A stretch of DNA of 64,000 nt from Eledone cirrhosa. Lineage: Eukaryota. Below are positions 26,729-40,850 of this stretch, one piece after another. The notes beneath the pieces are model-generated. The model saw only the letters and a list, made by a program, of their open reading frames with translations. It was not told where the DNA came from and ran no database searches. The translations under genes were made by a program, and so were the position numbers. How positions within the stretch are numbered: the stretch's first letter is position 1; the number at the start of each line of letters is the position of its first letter. The stretch covers positions 7,626,001-7,690,000 of the forward strand of contig OZ024751.1 in assembly GCA_964016885.1 (NCBI GenBank). Reading direction: 5' to 3'.

Positions 26729-27670
26729 TATAAATGAGACGTATAGAGATTGTTTTAGCAAGAAGCTAACGGCATTCTATAACATATATGCGACTATAAC
26801 GTCAAGATGGGAAAAGTAGTTAACGAAAGATTTAGGAAAAATAACTCAAACTCATCTCAAAAGAGAATCAGGATACAAATTCATCCACAGAATTTAGTAA
26901 AATCCATGGAAAAATCTATAGACCCTTAACTCATGATAAAACAAAGTTTGAAACACTTATCCTTCAATTTGGAATAACATCAAATGCTCTGTATAGTCTT
27001 AAAAGACTATTTCATGAAAACTTTCAGTGGAGATGGTCACGGTTGGAATATCATTCATCAGCAGAGCTCAACAGAAAACCAGGGCTCTCACAGTAATATA
27101 GTCCGAAAAAGGGAATTCTAAAACTGGCTAGTTCGCCTTCATGTGTATTTATGAAAAAGCACATGAGGAAAAAACGGGGCTAGTGACGTCAGGATGGAAG
27201 TGAATGTTTATTTACAAGAAATAGCAGTCAAATACATTCTGAAAAAAAAACTCTACAAGGAGTTCAGCAAAATAGCAATAATTATCACAGTTTTTATGAA
27301 AAAAACCGGGATTAGTCACAGATAGTTTAAGCACTCTAGGAAAAGAATCCGAGTATAAATATAAATGAGACGTATAGAGATTGTTTTAGCAAGAAGCTAA
27401 CGGCATTCTATAACATATATGCGACTATAACGTCAAGATGGGAAAAGTAGTTAACGAAAGATTTAGGAAAAATAACTCAAACTCATCTCAAAAGAGAATC
27501 AGGATACAAATTCATCCACAGAATTTAGTAAAATCCATGGAAAAATCTATAGACCCTTAACTCATGATAAAACAAAGTTTGAAACACTTATCCTTCAATT
27601 TGGAATAACATCAAATGCTCTGTATAGTCTTAAAAGACTATTTCATGAAAACTTTCAGTGGAGATGGTCA
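26729..27670 (-). mobile_element. Retrozyme-like / mini-PLE 1.5-mer of a 631-nt non-coding unit, TA-flanked
   Basis: 26729-27039 appears identical to 27360-27670 (period 631); intact HHR spans the repeat boundary; no credible ORF. Confidence 0.8.
26986..27067 (-). ncRNA. Canonical type I hammerhead ribozyme (H7)
   Basis: Minus strand: gctctg CTGATGA atgatatt..gttttcat GAAA tagtct-ttta-agacta TA cagagc; 6-bp perfect stems I and III. Confidence 0.9.
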
Positions 27671-27779
27671 TATATATGTATATATATATATGTGTGTATA
27701 TGTATGTAAATATATGTATGTATATATATGTATATATATTATGTGTATATATCTATTTATCTATCTATCTATCTATCTA

Positions 27780-27882
<103 letters not shown>

Positions 27883-27924
27883 GTATATATTTATGTATAT
27901 ATACGTGTATGTACAACCTGTTCC

Positions 27925-28480
27925 ATGGTCAGATCGCTGGAGACTAAACTGGCAACCCCACCAAGGTTTCTTTGTGAGGAGGGTGACTTTGGACATCCTG
28001 CAGGACTAAAAATTAATCCTTTCAAAGGGCAAAGGAGCTCTTAAGAGTCAATGGCCATCCAAAATCACTGGGAGAGATGACCCCTTAGCCTTTGTCAAGG
28101 CAGAATTCTAGGAGAAGTAAAACTATGATATAACACCTGCAACCCTGATGGTATCCAATGATGTTGACTTGTTCTTCTTTTTGATAAATATCATCTTGGT
28201 TAAGAGAGTGGGACTAGCTTTGTGCAGTGCCTTCGCTCACTATTAAAGCTTCACGGTACAGGCATTGCTTTATATCTGGAGGTCTCTGTGCACTTGTCAT
28301 CACATGGTACCATAGGCCCAGCACTATGTGTCAATAATTATCAGAAGTGTAGTGTTTGTACCAGAGTTTTCAAGTCGCTGGCTGGATTAAAAAGTCACAC
28401 TTGTTCAGCGAATAGGTAGGGGTTCTCCTACAAGGATATAAATTATTGGCCGTACTCGAAAACGAGTTGGCAGCCACCAT
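27925..28480 (+). mobile_element. Family R retroposon copy
   Basis: Colinear with 54857-55417. Confidence 0.75.
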
Positions 28481-28492
28481 GTATATATATAT

Positions 28493-28895
28493 ACGAAACA
28501 GAAATTTAAATAATTTTGAAAACCAAACAATGCATTAGAAAGAACATTAAATCGCTAAGATAACACAAGAATATTACCGTAACAAATTTAATAACACCAA
28601 ATATGTTCAGTTTTAAAAACCCATTATCAAGGCAGTAACACTAGGAGAGACTTAAAGAATAGTTTGGAATTGACTGGTTTGTAAGGCAGATTTAAGCATA
28701 AATCTGCCTTCCAAAGAAGTAAATCCCAATTGATCCTTAAATCGCTCCTAGGGATACTCCCTTAATAATGAGTTTTTTAAACAGAAAACATTTGTAATGA
28801 TTATATTTGCTAACGTAAGATTTTGGCGATTTTAGCGATCTAATTTTCTAATGCATTGTTTGCTTTTCAAAGTTATTCAAATTTGTGTTTCCTAT
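28493..28895. mobile_element. Old diverged fold-back element
   Basis: ttttgaaaaccaaacaatgcattagaaa is inverted relative to tttctaatgcattgtttgcttttcaaa; central hairpin aaggcagattta-agca-taaatctgcctt; TTGATAA remnant on the minus strand at 28624-28630. Confidence 0.65.
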
Positions 28896-28946
28896 TCAAC
28901 AATGCTTCAAGGAAGCTCCAAAACTCTCTTATATCTATCTATCTAT

Positions 28947-29033
<87 letters not shown>

Positions 29034-29039
<6 letters not shown>

Positions 29040-29706
29040 TAACAGATTAACGTGTAAGCAAAGCATCGCTACTTTCACCCATAACGGGATCTTATGAAAC
29101 TAATAAAGTCAATCTGTGAAAGCAGAAGTGAATATTTAAAAAAACGTTTCAACCGGAGGAAAACAGGCAGACGATACTTTGGTTCGTGGAAACGTTCCCT
29201 GCCAAAGAACAGGAATAAACGAATATAATACGTCATTATTTGGAGCGGTGGAAAACAATTACACGCAGAGACAAAACCACGTTTGTGGTATAAAAGAAGT
29301 CGTAGACTAATATTCCATTAGGTGGCTCATAGAGACGCTCTCTGGCAATGAACGGAAAAAACGAAGATAATACGTCATATGTGGAGCGATAGAGAACAAT
29401 CGCACGCAAAGACAAAACCACGTAAATGGTATAACTGAAGTCGTAGACTAAAATTCTAACTAGGAAACCGAATGATTCTCGTCTTCAGAGTTAAGAATAA
29501 AGTAAATAAAATACAGAGGTAATTGAAATTAAATAAATACATACGCCCGTCCATATACGTACATACACAAGCATACGCGAAAACACTCGCCATAGGTATA
29601 CAAATACACGCATGTACACAATAAAAAAAATGCACGCACATACAGAACCCACGCAACGCCTATACTCGCATGCTTATGAATGTATGCACCAAATACACAT
29701 AAATAG

Positions 29707-29753
<47 letters not shown>

Positions 29754-31220
29754 CGTGTATACACATAATTAAATAAACGTATATACATAAATAAATACGT
29801 ATATAACAAGCGCACACACATACCTACATCTAAATAAACATATGTTCGGAGACGACGTCAACTAAAACACAAAGTACACATAAACACACACCCTACATAC
29901 GTACGAACCCGCATACTCACACAGACCCAAAACTCACGTATACTCATAACCAAAAGCATTTGTACCAGAATATATAATATATACGCCATAACATGTAGTA
30001 ATGATAGTAATGGTATAAACATAACATATACTTAGCTACCACATCAAGACGTAAAATATCCGCGTATAGGTTCGTAATATCCGTGAGGGTATAATGTGGG
30101 GCTGTAATACAGGAAAGTTTTGTGCAATTTATGTTTACAAGCCTCAGATTTTTGTTTAAGATGTTGTCTTTGACGTTGATTATTCCCAGGGCCTCAGCGG
30201 CACAGAGGTGACTTGTTTTTTATTTCCGTTATACGATCTAGCCCTAGCTTAGATCTCCCAGTGTAACTTATATTGGGTGTGGTTGTCTTTTAGACTCCAG
30301 ATATAAGCTGAAAATGACGTCATATTCCTTCTTAAATAGTTACGGAAAGAATGGGTATGCATGTAAAGACGCTGCTTGAATATATTGGCGGTTAACCCTA
30401 TGTAAGCCCTACGGTGTTTCAACCTTACATTTGTAGACAATGTTACTAGAGAGGCATTTCCCGGATAGGGGACTGTCAACCCGATTCCTACAATTACAGT
30501 TACTACTAACTACAAGGTTGCACATGTTCCTACGGCTAGGTAGTTTAGCTAAATTTGAAGCTGTGATATTATGTGCACGGTTAGGAGTCGTAGAGTAAGA
30601 CATTTTTAGGGAATTTCTATTAAAATTTTACATTATCTATGTGTAGAGGGAAAATGATTCATAATAAGGGAGCGAAAGATCTTAGCTAATGGTGTGGCCA
30701 CCTTCATATTATATGGTGGGTTATACCATATATACGTCGGGATCTATTTCTTCTACGTTATTCTCGTACTCTGTATTTGCTACCTTATCGACAAATCCAC
30801 TCCGAGCAAGAGCCTCATTGTAATGTGTGGAATGGTCGTTGAAAATATGCTCGTTAGTAGATATACGGGAAAGCCTCAAAGAAACGTTTTTTACCAGGTT
30901 CTTAGTTATGCTGGCAGGATGGTTAGAAAGCTTACTTATGTAATTAAGCGTATCTTTCGGCTTTCTATTCGGGTAATGCAAGTCATTCGATAAATTGAGG
31001 GTAACGTTGAGGTAATTAACGACCGAGAGGTTGGCCTCAACCTGTATGGAGAGGTTGAAGCCTTTAAAGAAGGTTGTGAGTTCTTTTCTGAACCCGTCGC
31101 AAGCACGTGGGTCGCACTTAGTCATGGTAAAAAGACCGTCATCACGGTACAAACCACGGCCCACGTTGGGGAATTCTTCCTTGATAGAGAAAAGAAGGGA
31201 AAGACCGATAAGATCAGTAA

Positions 31221-31222
<2 letters not shown>
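29034..31222 (-). mobile_element. Degenerate Naiad-type PLE related to 59187-61997, TA-flanked on both sides
   Basis: GLYRDDGL, VVNYLNVTLNL, SYSTTPN, NCNCRNRVDSPLSGKCLSSNIVYKC, AYIGLTAN; 3'UTR colinear with 59190-60180. Confidence 0.92.
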
Positions 31223-31261
<39 letters not shown>

Positions 31262-31264
<3 letters not shown>

Positions 31265-31995
31265 TTATTTAAGCAAATCAATACCACACATATCACAAGG
31301 AAGACATTATTAAAAATTGTCAACATATTTTAGTTTGATGTAAGTAATCTAGTGAATAATAATAATAATATTAATAATAATAATACCGTTTACAATTGTT
31401 TCGCTACCCCATATAATATATATGGATCAGATGATTATATATCATTATTGATCTGGTTCAGTTGAAAATAATTAACATAGTTAAATATAGATCAGCTCAT
31501 CGGAACTTCAAAGGAATATAAATTAATATATTGCGGCCATCTTGTTACCCATAGGCAGATCTCACACAATGCAGCATCGACAGAAGAATATTGCTCGACT
31601 ATGGCAGACAATTACACCATAGGACACCATAGTGAAATAGCAATATATGGAACATTACATTTATGTAACATTCTTTCCTTATTTTAATTTATATTCCTTT
31701 GAAGTTCCGATTAGCTGCTCTATCTTTACCTATGTTAATTATTTTCAACTGAACCAGATCAATAATGATATATAATCATTTGATCCAGATATATTATATG
31801 AAGTAGCGAAACAATTGTAAACGGACATTAATGCACTGGGTAATTGCTGGCCTTGTGCCGAAAGTAGAAACAATTATTATTATTAATATTATCATTATTA
31901 TTCTCTACATTCCTTAAATCAAACTAAAATATGTTGACAATCTTTTAATATCTTCCTTGTGAACTTTGTGGTCTTGTTTTGATTAACTAATAAAT
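31262..31995. mobile_element. Fold-back element with long-stem-II degenerate HHR; S1 tail fragment at 31830-31878 in the right arm
   Basis: 31262-31530 is inverted relative to 31685-31995; gtt CCGATGA gctg..gtagc GAAA caattg TA aac. Confidence 0.75.
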
Positions 31996-32189
31996 ATTTC
32001 CAGCTCTGTGCACCTAATTTCTGCATGAACCCAGCCACCTAGCTGCTTTCCCCTGCATATTGCACATTGAGCACATGCCTTTACGCTTTGGCTTCTAACT
32101 AATTCACCAATCTCTCCTCTCCTATCTCCATCTCTCTCTTTAACATTTGGTTACTCTTGAACTATATATATATATATATAAATTACAAT

Positions 32190-32630
<441 letters not shown>

Positions 32631-32662
32631 TATATATATGTATGTATGTATATATGTATATA

Positions 32663-32749
<87 letters not shown>

Positions 32750-32753
<4 letters not shown>

Positions 32754-33121
32754 GGTAAATAGAAATAACAACACAATCTGGATAGTATATGGAAGAAATA
32801 TATTAGATTAACGTTTCGGAAGAATGAGTGAGACCTTAGAAAGATTGGAAACACGAGTTTGGTACAATTTCTATCTCTTGGAAAACACTTGATGTTGGCG
32901 TTTATTTGTATGACATACATTTTTTTGAAAAGAGGTTGATGGAGCACGCTTACCTGAAATGGAATAAACCGTTTTGTATAAAGACCTATACTTATGCGCA
33001 CGCGCCCGGATTATTATATGTCCGTACGAAACTAAGAGGATATGTGTGTGTATATGTAAGTAAAAGAATGTGTGTGCGCTTGTAATCAAGAAGCTATGTG
33101 TAAAAGTATGTTCATGAAAGG

Positions 33122-33208
<87 letters not shown>

Positions 33209-33570
33209 CGTACAGAGATGTGAAGGGAAAAATGGAGTATGCGTATGTTGTTAGTCTCTAATAGCAGTATCAGTATGTATTTCTGACCACAAGCGAGCCA
33301 TAGGTATATAGGCGTGAATGAACAAGCACGCGTGAGATAATGGACGGTGTGTTAAAGAAATTGGGGAGATGAGTTGAGTCCATGAGGGAAATAGAACCAA
33401 ATGCTGTGAATCAGACAATATTCAGGCTTGGTGCGTGAGCCCTGTGAACCGTGATGTAAAAGGACACACAGGGCTAACACATGTAGGGAAGAGTGACCCG
33501 GGGAACGGAAGTGACGGGCGACGGGAATATGCAAACCGAGTCGTATGTCCCTCAAATGTTTGTCCGATGT
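32750..33570 (-). mobile_element. Neptune/Penelope-type PLE 3' fragment (GIY-YIG C-terminus plus 3'UTR)
   Basis: HLRDIRLGLHIPVARHFRSPGHS...RTKPEYCLIHSI..YFPHGLN; ccgaaacgtta HHR remnant near the 3' end. Confidence 0.75.
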
Positions 33571-33599
33571 ATAAGGACCCAGAGGGCATAGACAACGTG

Positions 33600-33680
33600 G
33601 GTGGATTTTGAACTCAGAATGGCAAGGGCCGTAATTCTATGAGTCAAAGCATGGTGTCCGACTCTCTACCGATACTGCCA
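33600..33680 (-). mobile_element. S1 SINE head fragment
   Basis: Reverse complement of tggcagtatcggtagagagtcggac..gagttcaaa. Confidence 0.75.
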
Positions 33681-33810
33681 CAATATAATAATATTGCTAG
33701 ATTGCCAGATAAATTAAATTTGGAGTTATAAAAGATACAGAAGCGAAAGCCAATCCAAACTGAACAGTTTTTTCTGCTAATACTATACCTATATGAGCGT
33801 CCCTAAATAT

Positions 33811-33905
<95 letters not shown>

Positions 33906-33947
33906 TATATATATATATGTGTGTGTGTCTGTGTGTGTGTATATATA

Positions 33948-34968
33948 TATAGAACACACAGGAATTAAACAATTGTTTCATCCACACCGAGGCTTGGGTC
34001 TTCAGAGTATTTTTCAATATTAGTACACATAAATGACCTCCTTTCCAAAGCAAGAGACATACAGATACATATGTATATATTGATGTACAGTGGGGTGACA
34101 TATATTATATTATTTCTGAATGGCAATTTAAGTTCAAAAACAAAATCACATTAAAACAGAATCAAAGCACAACAAAAATTTAAATACAACATCAATGCAA
34201 AATTAAAATACAATCGGCAGCTAACGTAGATAATGCAAGAGGATAGTTTGTTAGTCAGTTGTAGTAGTTATGGTACGCATTAGTTACACGTGGGGCATGC
34301 ACGTGTGTCTTATTTATATATGATTATAGTGCGGCAGTTTGTTACATTTAATACAAGCAATTTAAGCGGGTAATCAAGAGTATTATGGAGGTTGTAATGG
34401 TAAGTTATTTTTTGTATACAAAAACATAACATTATTTTGCTTCTCATTTATACTATTTTTCTGCACACAAGCTTCTTTATCATATACAAACAATACCTTA
34501 CCACTACAACCTCAATAATACTCTTGATTACCCGCTTAAAGTGCTTGTATTAAATGTAACACCCTGCCGCACAATAATCATATATACATAAGACATACGT
34601 GCATGCCCCACGTGTAACTAATGCATACAATAACTACTACAACTGACTAACAATCTATTTCTTGCATTATCTACGTAAGCTGCCGATTGCATTGATATCG
34701 TATTTTAATTTTTATTGTGCTTTGATTCTGTTTTAATGTGATTTTGTTTTTGAACTTAAATTGCCATTCAGAAATAATATAATATATGTCACCCCACTGT
34801 ACATCAATATATACATATGTATCTGTATGTCTCTTGCGTTGGAAAGGAGGTCATGTATGTGTACAACCATTGAAAAATGCTCTGAAGATGTCAAGCCTCG
34901 GTTTGAATGAAACAATTGTAAGCGATTAAATGCTTTGAACATAGCTTTGATACCTGTGTATTCTATAT
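33948..34968. mobile_element. Fold-back element (family H8) with ~460-bp arms and an HHR in both
   Basis: 33948-34410 is inverted relative to 34490-34968; minus-strand HHR at 33963-34012. Confidence 0.85.
34876..34927 (+). ncRNA. Minimal type I hammerhead ribozyme (H8)
   Basis: aatgct CTGAAGA tgtcaagcc-tc-ggtttgaat GAAA caattg TA agcgatt. Confidence 0.7.
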
Positions 34969-35129
34969 AACTGCTCTGTAGAACAACTGATGTTATTACA
35001 TTGAGCTATTTATGTTTCTGGTAATACGGTAGTAAGAAATTATTCACTTTCACTGTTTAGGGTTTAAAATTTCTAGAACTATAAAACGTTTTAGTATATA
35101 CATAACCATAAATAGTATCCTTAATACTA

Positions 35130-35209
<80 letters not shown>

Positions 35210-35458
35210 ATAATCCAGCCATAATCACATTGAGCCCTCCTCTTTGCCATATTGACCTACTAGGGAAAGGTTTGACATTAAGCAACCGATTAAATATTAT
35301 TCCCACATAATATATGTAAATAATTATGAGTTGAATATATGGCAGAAAGTTCGATTGGAATAATACGATTTCAAGGATGGAGGCTGTATGATGTTTCATC
35401 ACACAACTATGTTTTCCAACTATTGAAAATTTACTTAAAGGAAAATAGAAATTACAAT

Positions 35459-35560
<102 letters not shown>

Positions 35561-35567
35561 TATATAA

Positions 35568-35683
<116 letters not shown>

Positions 35684-35725
35684 AGATACAGACTCACACG
35701 TACACACATACATACATACATACAT

Positions 35726-35868
<143 letters not shown>

Positions 35869-36019
35869 GAGATAATAACTATTAATATTCAATAACTATG
35901 AGATACTTTGGTATTTCAAAATATATACATTTACAGAAGCTTATCTATTCATCTATACTATCTACTTTCGTATTTATCTCTACATCTACTTTTTCGTTCA
36001 TAAATACCAATTTATGTAG

Positions 36020-36300
36020 ATTCAAATATGCATGGGCTATCAACTCCCCCAATCTCCCTATATTTGTCCCTCTGCTGTGGTTATAGTGATATACTTTAAC
36101 CCAAACACAAACAACTATTCATGCTTACAGTAAAAGGAACACATGCATTCATGAATGATCTCGTTCATCACTCTATCTATTCTATTATTTTTGATGATGT
36201 TTGCCAAACGTCCGAAACGTTAAGGGTCTTGCTCAATATCAAGCATTATACGTATGTTTTGAGTTGTATGTGTGCATGTGTATATGCTTTGTATCTGTAC
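36020..36300 (+). mobile_element. Old Neptune-type PLE 3' remnant
   Basis: catgggctatcaactcccccaat resembles the PHGLN-coding end; TTGATGA..gtcc GAAA cg TT aag is similar to 12730-12785. Confidence 0.45.
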
Positions 36301-36329
36301 ATGTGTATATGCAGTTATTAGATGCACAT

Positions 36330-36750
36330 TTTGGGAATGTTTTACATATTTTTACTGTTCCATTAATGGATTGTACTTGTAATTTCCTAGCAAGTTGTGT
36401 TCTTTTTGTTCCTGTGAAGCCTAGCTTCTCAAGATTTGTATTGAGGCAGTTACTAACATATCCCAGTGCCCCAATAATCACAGGCATACATCTGAAGGTG
36501 TAATCAGGGTGGAGTATCTGCAGATTTCTCATCAGTTCTGCATAAATATTCACCTTTTCACTGATCTTTGATATTATTTTGGCATCTGTTGGGCAGCTAA
36601 TTTCCATTACTGTGCATGCTTTCTTCTCCCTGTCCCATATCATAATATTTGGTCTGTTATGCCTGCATTTTATTGGGGTTTTTACTGGAACATTCCACTA
36701 GTACACGTTCATATTATGTACATGGATGTCTTCCACATTGCTGTAGCTTT
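36330..36750 (-). mobile_element. R4/Dong-like non-LTR retrotransposon, restriction-like endonuclease fragment
   Basis: NRPNIMIWD..CTVMEISCPTD..KISEKVNIYAEL..MPVIIGALG; adjacent to (TATG)n. Confidence 0.8.
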
Positions 36751-38544
36751 TAATGTGTTTATTATCGGGGCTATCTTTTATGTATGTATGTATGTATGTA
36801 TGTATGTATGTATGTACGTACGTATGTATGTATGTATGTATGTAGGTATGTATGTATGTATGTATGTATGTATGTATGTATGTATGTATGTATGTATGTA
36901 TATATGTATGTATGTATGTACGTGTGTATGTGTGTATGTGTGCGTGCGTGCGCGAGTCAGTGTATGTGTGTAGATTTCCTTTAAATCATTTCTAATTAGA
37001 ATATTGGAAAACTTTTGATTCATATCTACCCGTCAAATGAGAAAAGTGAGCCTATCGTCTCTGATACATAGGTAACATCCAATGGAAAGCGAAAATTCGT
37101 TTTCTTATATATTGTATATATAGATGCATATATATATATGTATATATATATTTATGCAGGCATACATGCGTGTGTATAAGATATGTTGTTTGTATGTGTA
37201 CGCAGACAATCATATATATTTATGTATATATATATGTGAATATATAGGCAGGAGAGCGAATATACATATACCATATGGAGTATAACAAAAGTAAGACGTA
37301 TGAATATATTGATAAGCCATAGTTAAATTCCATATTTGAAAATACCAAAGTGTATGGTAGCCATTAAATATTACAATCCATAATAAAACGTAGAAAATAT
37401 TTTCGAAATTTAATTATATTTCAGTCTATTCAGTGCAATTTAGAAGGGAAATATACTTAACATAATACATTATGTATTTGCTTTATCTTGCGGGCTGTGC
37501 TTCTTAAATAATATTATTTTTGAGAATTTACATTATAAAGAGTAATGCATGTAATTATTGTTTCTCTTTTCTCGTGTGATAGAAACTTGGCAAACAAATT
37601 TTTATTTCTTTTGATTTTAAATTTTAATAAGAATACTCAGAAAAAAATATTAGCTTGATATTTCTATAAAATATAAACAACTATTAGATACAATTGAATT
37701 TATATACGTAGAGCATGTTAACAGTGATGTATTCCTCGAGGTGAAACCATATTTCTTCATTTTTATATGAGTATAATCAAGGTATATTTTCTATTATTTT
37801 CCATTAATTATATATCGTAGACGTTTGAATATACTATGTTATTCACATTTCAATGTTGCAATCGTCGTATCCACACAAGATCAAACACATTTCTCTGTTA
37901 ACCTTAAGAATTCTACAAATGGAGGGCACACGGTATCTGAGATAAATCAAATATATATAAATATATATAAGAGATATATATATTATGTGTTGTAACAAAC
38001 TGGCGATAAGATGTTAAAGCCGAAGAGCACAGCGCCACATTATTATCTGGCTTTAATTGAAAAAGATTAACCAGAGGATGCATAACCATACAATAATATG
38101 GAGTATTACATTGAATGTGAAGAAATACCACAGAGAATAAATATGCAAGGCAACAACATCTGAAGATATTGAACACACAAGTAATCACATTAAATAAAAA
38201 AGAAAAAAAAATTCTCTCGATGTCATATACAAGTAAAATGAATATTCAAATATTCCATCTCACTGCCTTCGTCTTACAACAATTTGCGCGCTCTTTGATA
38301 AGAGAGACAAATTCCATATCTAGAAGATATAAACGTCTCACGTTCCCCATCCCTCGAAACTCTCTTTTCTTTGCGATCACACAAGTCAAACATAGAGACT
38401 GTATAAGTATTTTAATATGGTACTTATTTCATCTAACTATAACGGAGACTAACTCCGCATCGATTCACACAAGCATAAAAGTACATAACATATATATATA
38501 TATATATACACACACATATATATAAATACACACAAATATATATA

Positions 38545-39389
38545 CGAGGTGGGTCAGAAAAGTTCCAGGACTGATGTCACAAAAGATTTATTTCAAACCC
38601 AAACTTCACACTAAGAGTTTTCTCCTTCAAAGTAATCCCCCTGGAGTATGTAACTGTAATCTTAGCTTTCTGCAGCGATCAAACTTTTTTCTTCATAATT
38701 TTATATACATGTCCTCTGTTTCAGGTCGTCAAGAAATGAGCACAGAGCGACGAACAAACTTGAAAACTCCGTCAGAAGCACTGGGATTGCTGCAGCAAGT
38801 GTATGGAGATGAGACGATGTCACGCTCACGTGTTTTTGAGTGGTGTCAGAGATTTAGAGAATGACGCGAGGACGTGGAAGATGACCCCAGGAGCGGAAGG
38901 CCCTCAACAATCAGGACCGAGGTCAACGTTGAGCGCGTCAGGCAGATGGTGCGTAGCCATCGTCGGCTGACTGTTCGACTGATGACAAATGAGCTGGGTA
39001 TGAATCGGGACAGCGTCTGGAAGACTCTCACTGAAGATTTGGACATGCGGAAAATCTGTGCGAAGATGGTGGCAAAACTGAACGATGACCAGAAGGCTTG
39101 ACGCATGCAAGTGTGCCAGAGCGTCTTGAATCCGAACCAGACTTGCTAGGGATAGGAATCATGGATCTTCGAGTACGACGTGGCCGACATCAAAAAGGCT
39201 GTTACGACGGAACTGTGGAGGAACCCAGAAGAATCCTTGCAGGAGTGCAGGCAAGCGTGGCAGAAAAGGATGGAAAAGTGCATTAGACTCCAGAGGGATT
39301 ACTTTGAAGGAGAAAACTCTTAGTGTGATGTTTGAGTTTGAAATAAATCTTGTGTGACATCAGTCCTGGAACTTTTCTGACCCACCTCG
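38545..39389 (+). mobile_element. Internally deleted Tc1/mariner element with ~103-bp TIRs and TA TSD
   Basis: TA-cgaggtgggtcagaaaagttcc..ggaacttttctgacccacctcg-TA; VYGDETMSRSRVFEWCQRF, EDDPRSGRPST, MRKICAKMV, CIRLQRDYFEG. Confidence 0.92.
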
Positions 39390-39546
39390 TAGACATATAT
39401 ATACATTCTTCTATAGAATATGTATTTCGTATATATACCGCGTATCGTGTACAATGTATGGCTCCATCCCTCTCAATATAAACATATATCGATGTAAACA
39501 CGTATATATACATAGTCATACATACATATACACTCATTCAGTGCGC

Positions 39547-39581
<35 letters not shown>

Positions 39582-40609
39582 TACGTGTGTGAGTCGGTGT
39601 ATGTGTGTATCGGTGTATTTACAGATAGACATATATTGATATATGGCTCAAATAAATACATTTCTACGAGAATCAGCAAATGATAAAATACAGCAAAGAA
39701 TCACTTCTCTGGGGGGGATATGATGTTTAACGTAAAATATCTAAACTTTACGAATCATATTAAATAAGTATATATTTATGACACACAGCATTGCCTAAAG
39801 TGACATAAACATTGTAAAATATATTCTCTTTTAATAACATCTGGTCGCATTCTGTGTTTGTATATACTTCACGAGAGAGAGATGTCTCAATCGTTCAATA
39901 GAGGTCACAATACTAGACGTCGTATAATACATAAGTAACACTGATAAATAATCAAATGTAAACCGCCATTATTATTTTATTTGTGTTTCTATTTTTTTGT
40001 TTTGGTTTCCCTAATTTTATGTGGAAGTTTTTTTTTTTATCTGATTACTATTTTTTGGTCGTATCTGGACATTTTATAGTTGTAGAAAATGCTAAAATTT
40101 GACATGTGTCCACTGTTAAGAATTTACAGAATCAATTAATTACTAATTACCCCCCCCCCCCAGATGTTTATGATATCCCTATACACGTGCCTTATAATCT
40201 AAAGCACGCATCGTACATAAAAAAAGTTAAATCGTTGTGTATAGGCCATTATTGCAAATTCTATTAAACTATTGACTATTACATTTAAAGGTTCAGGGTA
40301 TACGTTAATCGCTTGTAAACACATTATTCTATATACTGGACATTTTTCGCTGCGACGGTGTTTAGTGTATCAAAGGAGCTTTTGAATTCAATTTAGTTTA
40401 AGGTGTAGTCAAAAGAATATGTGTCAAACTGTAAGTTTGTCAAGTATGTTGGCGTGTGTTTAGATGCGATAAATACATATACACTAGGTCCGAACACAGG
40501 AACCAACAATCACTGCTTACCTCTTTTCCGCTCTCCCCGTCTCTCACTGTTAAGAGAGTATAGCTATGCCTCCCCCCCCCACACCTTTAATACTGTCACG
40601 GTAGACTGA

Positions 40610-40850
40610 CTTGTATGAAAGGCGACTTTCCAAGTACCGGTCGCTCTCCGATAGGGTTGCTGATGTGCACTTGGCAGTAGAGACTTATGGTGTCCTTGGC
40701 CCTACGGCTACCTCCCTAGTCACCACCATAGTTGCTGAGTTTGGCCAACCGCAGGTGTCAGCCTCCCGAGATGGAATGGCTGTTCAAGCGCATTTCTCTT
40801 TCCATCCTCCGGAGAAATGCCTTCGCCATTCTGTCCTCCGGAGCTGTAAG
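40610..40850 (+). mobile_element. CRE-like non-LTR retrotransposon RLE C-terminal fragment
   Basis: SKYRSL..LAVETYGVLGPTATSLV and EWLFKRISLSILRRNAFAIL. Confidence 0.7.

Noticed and set aside
26729-27670. Interpretation as an LTR/TRIM element
   Set aside because: No TG..CA termini, PBS or PPT seen; the repeat boundary falls inside an HHR, which fits a permuted tandem unit better.
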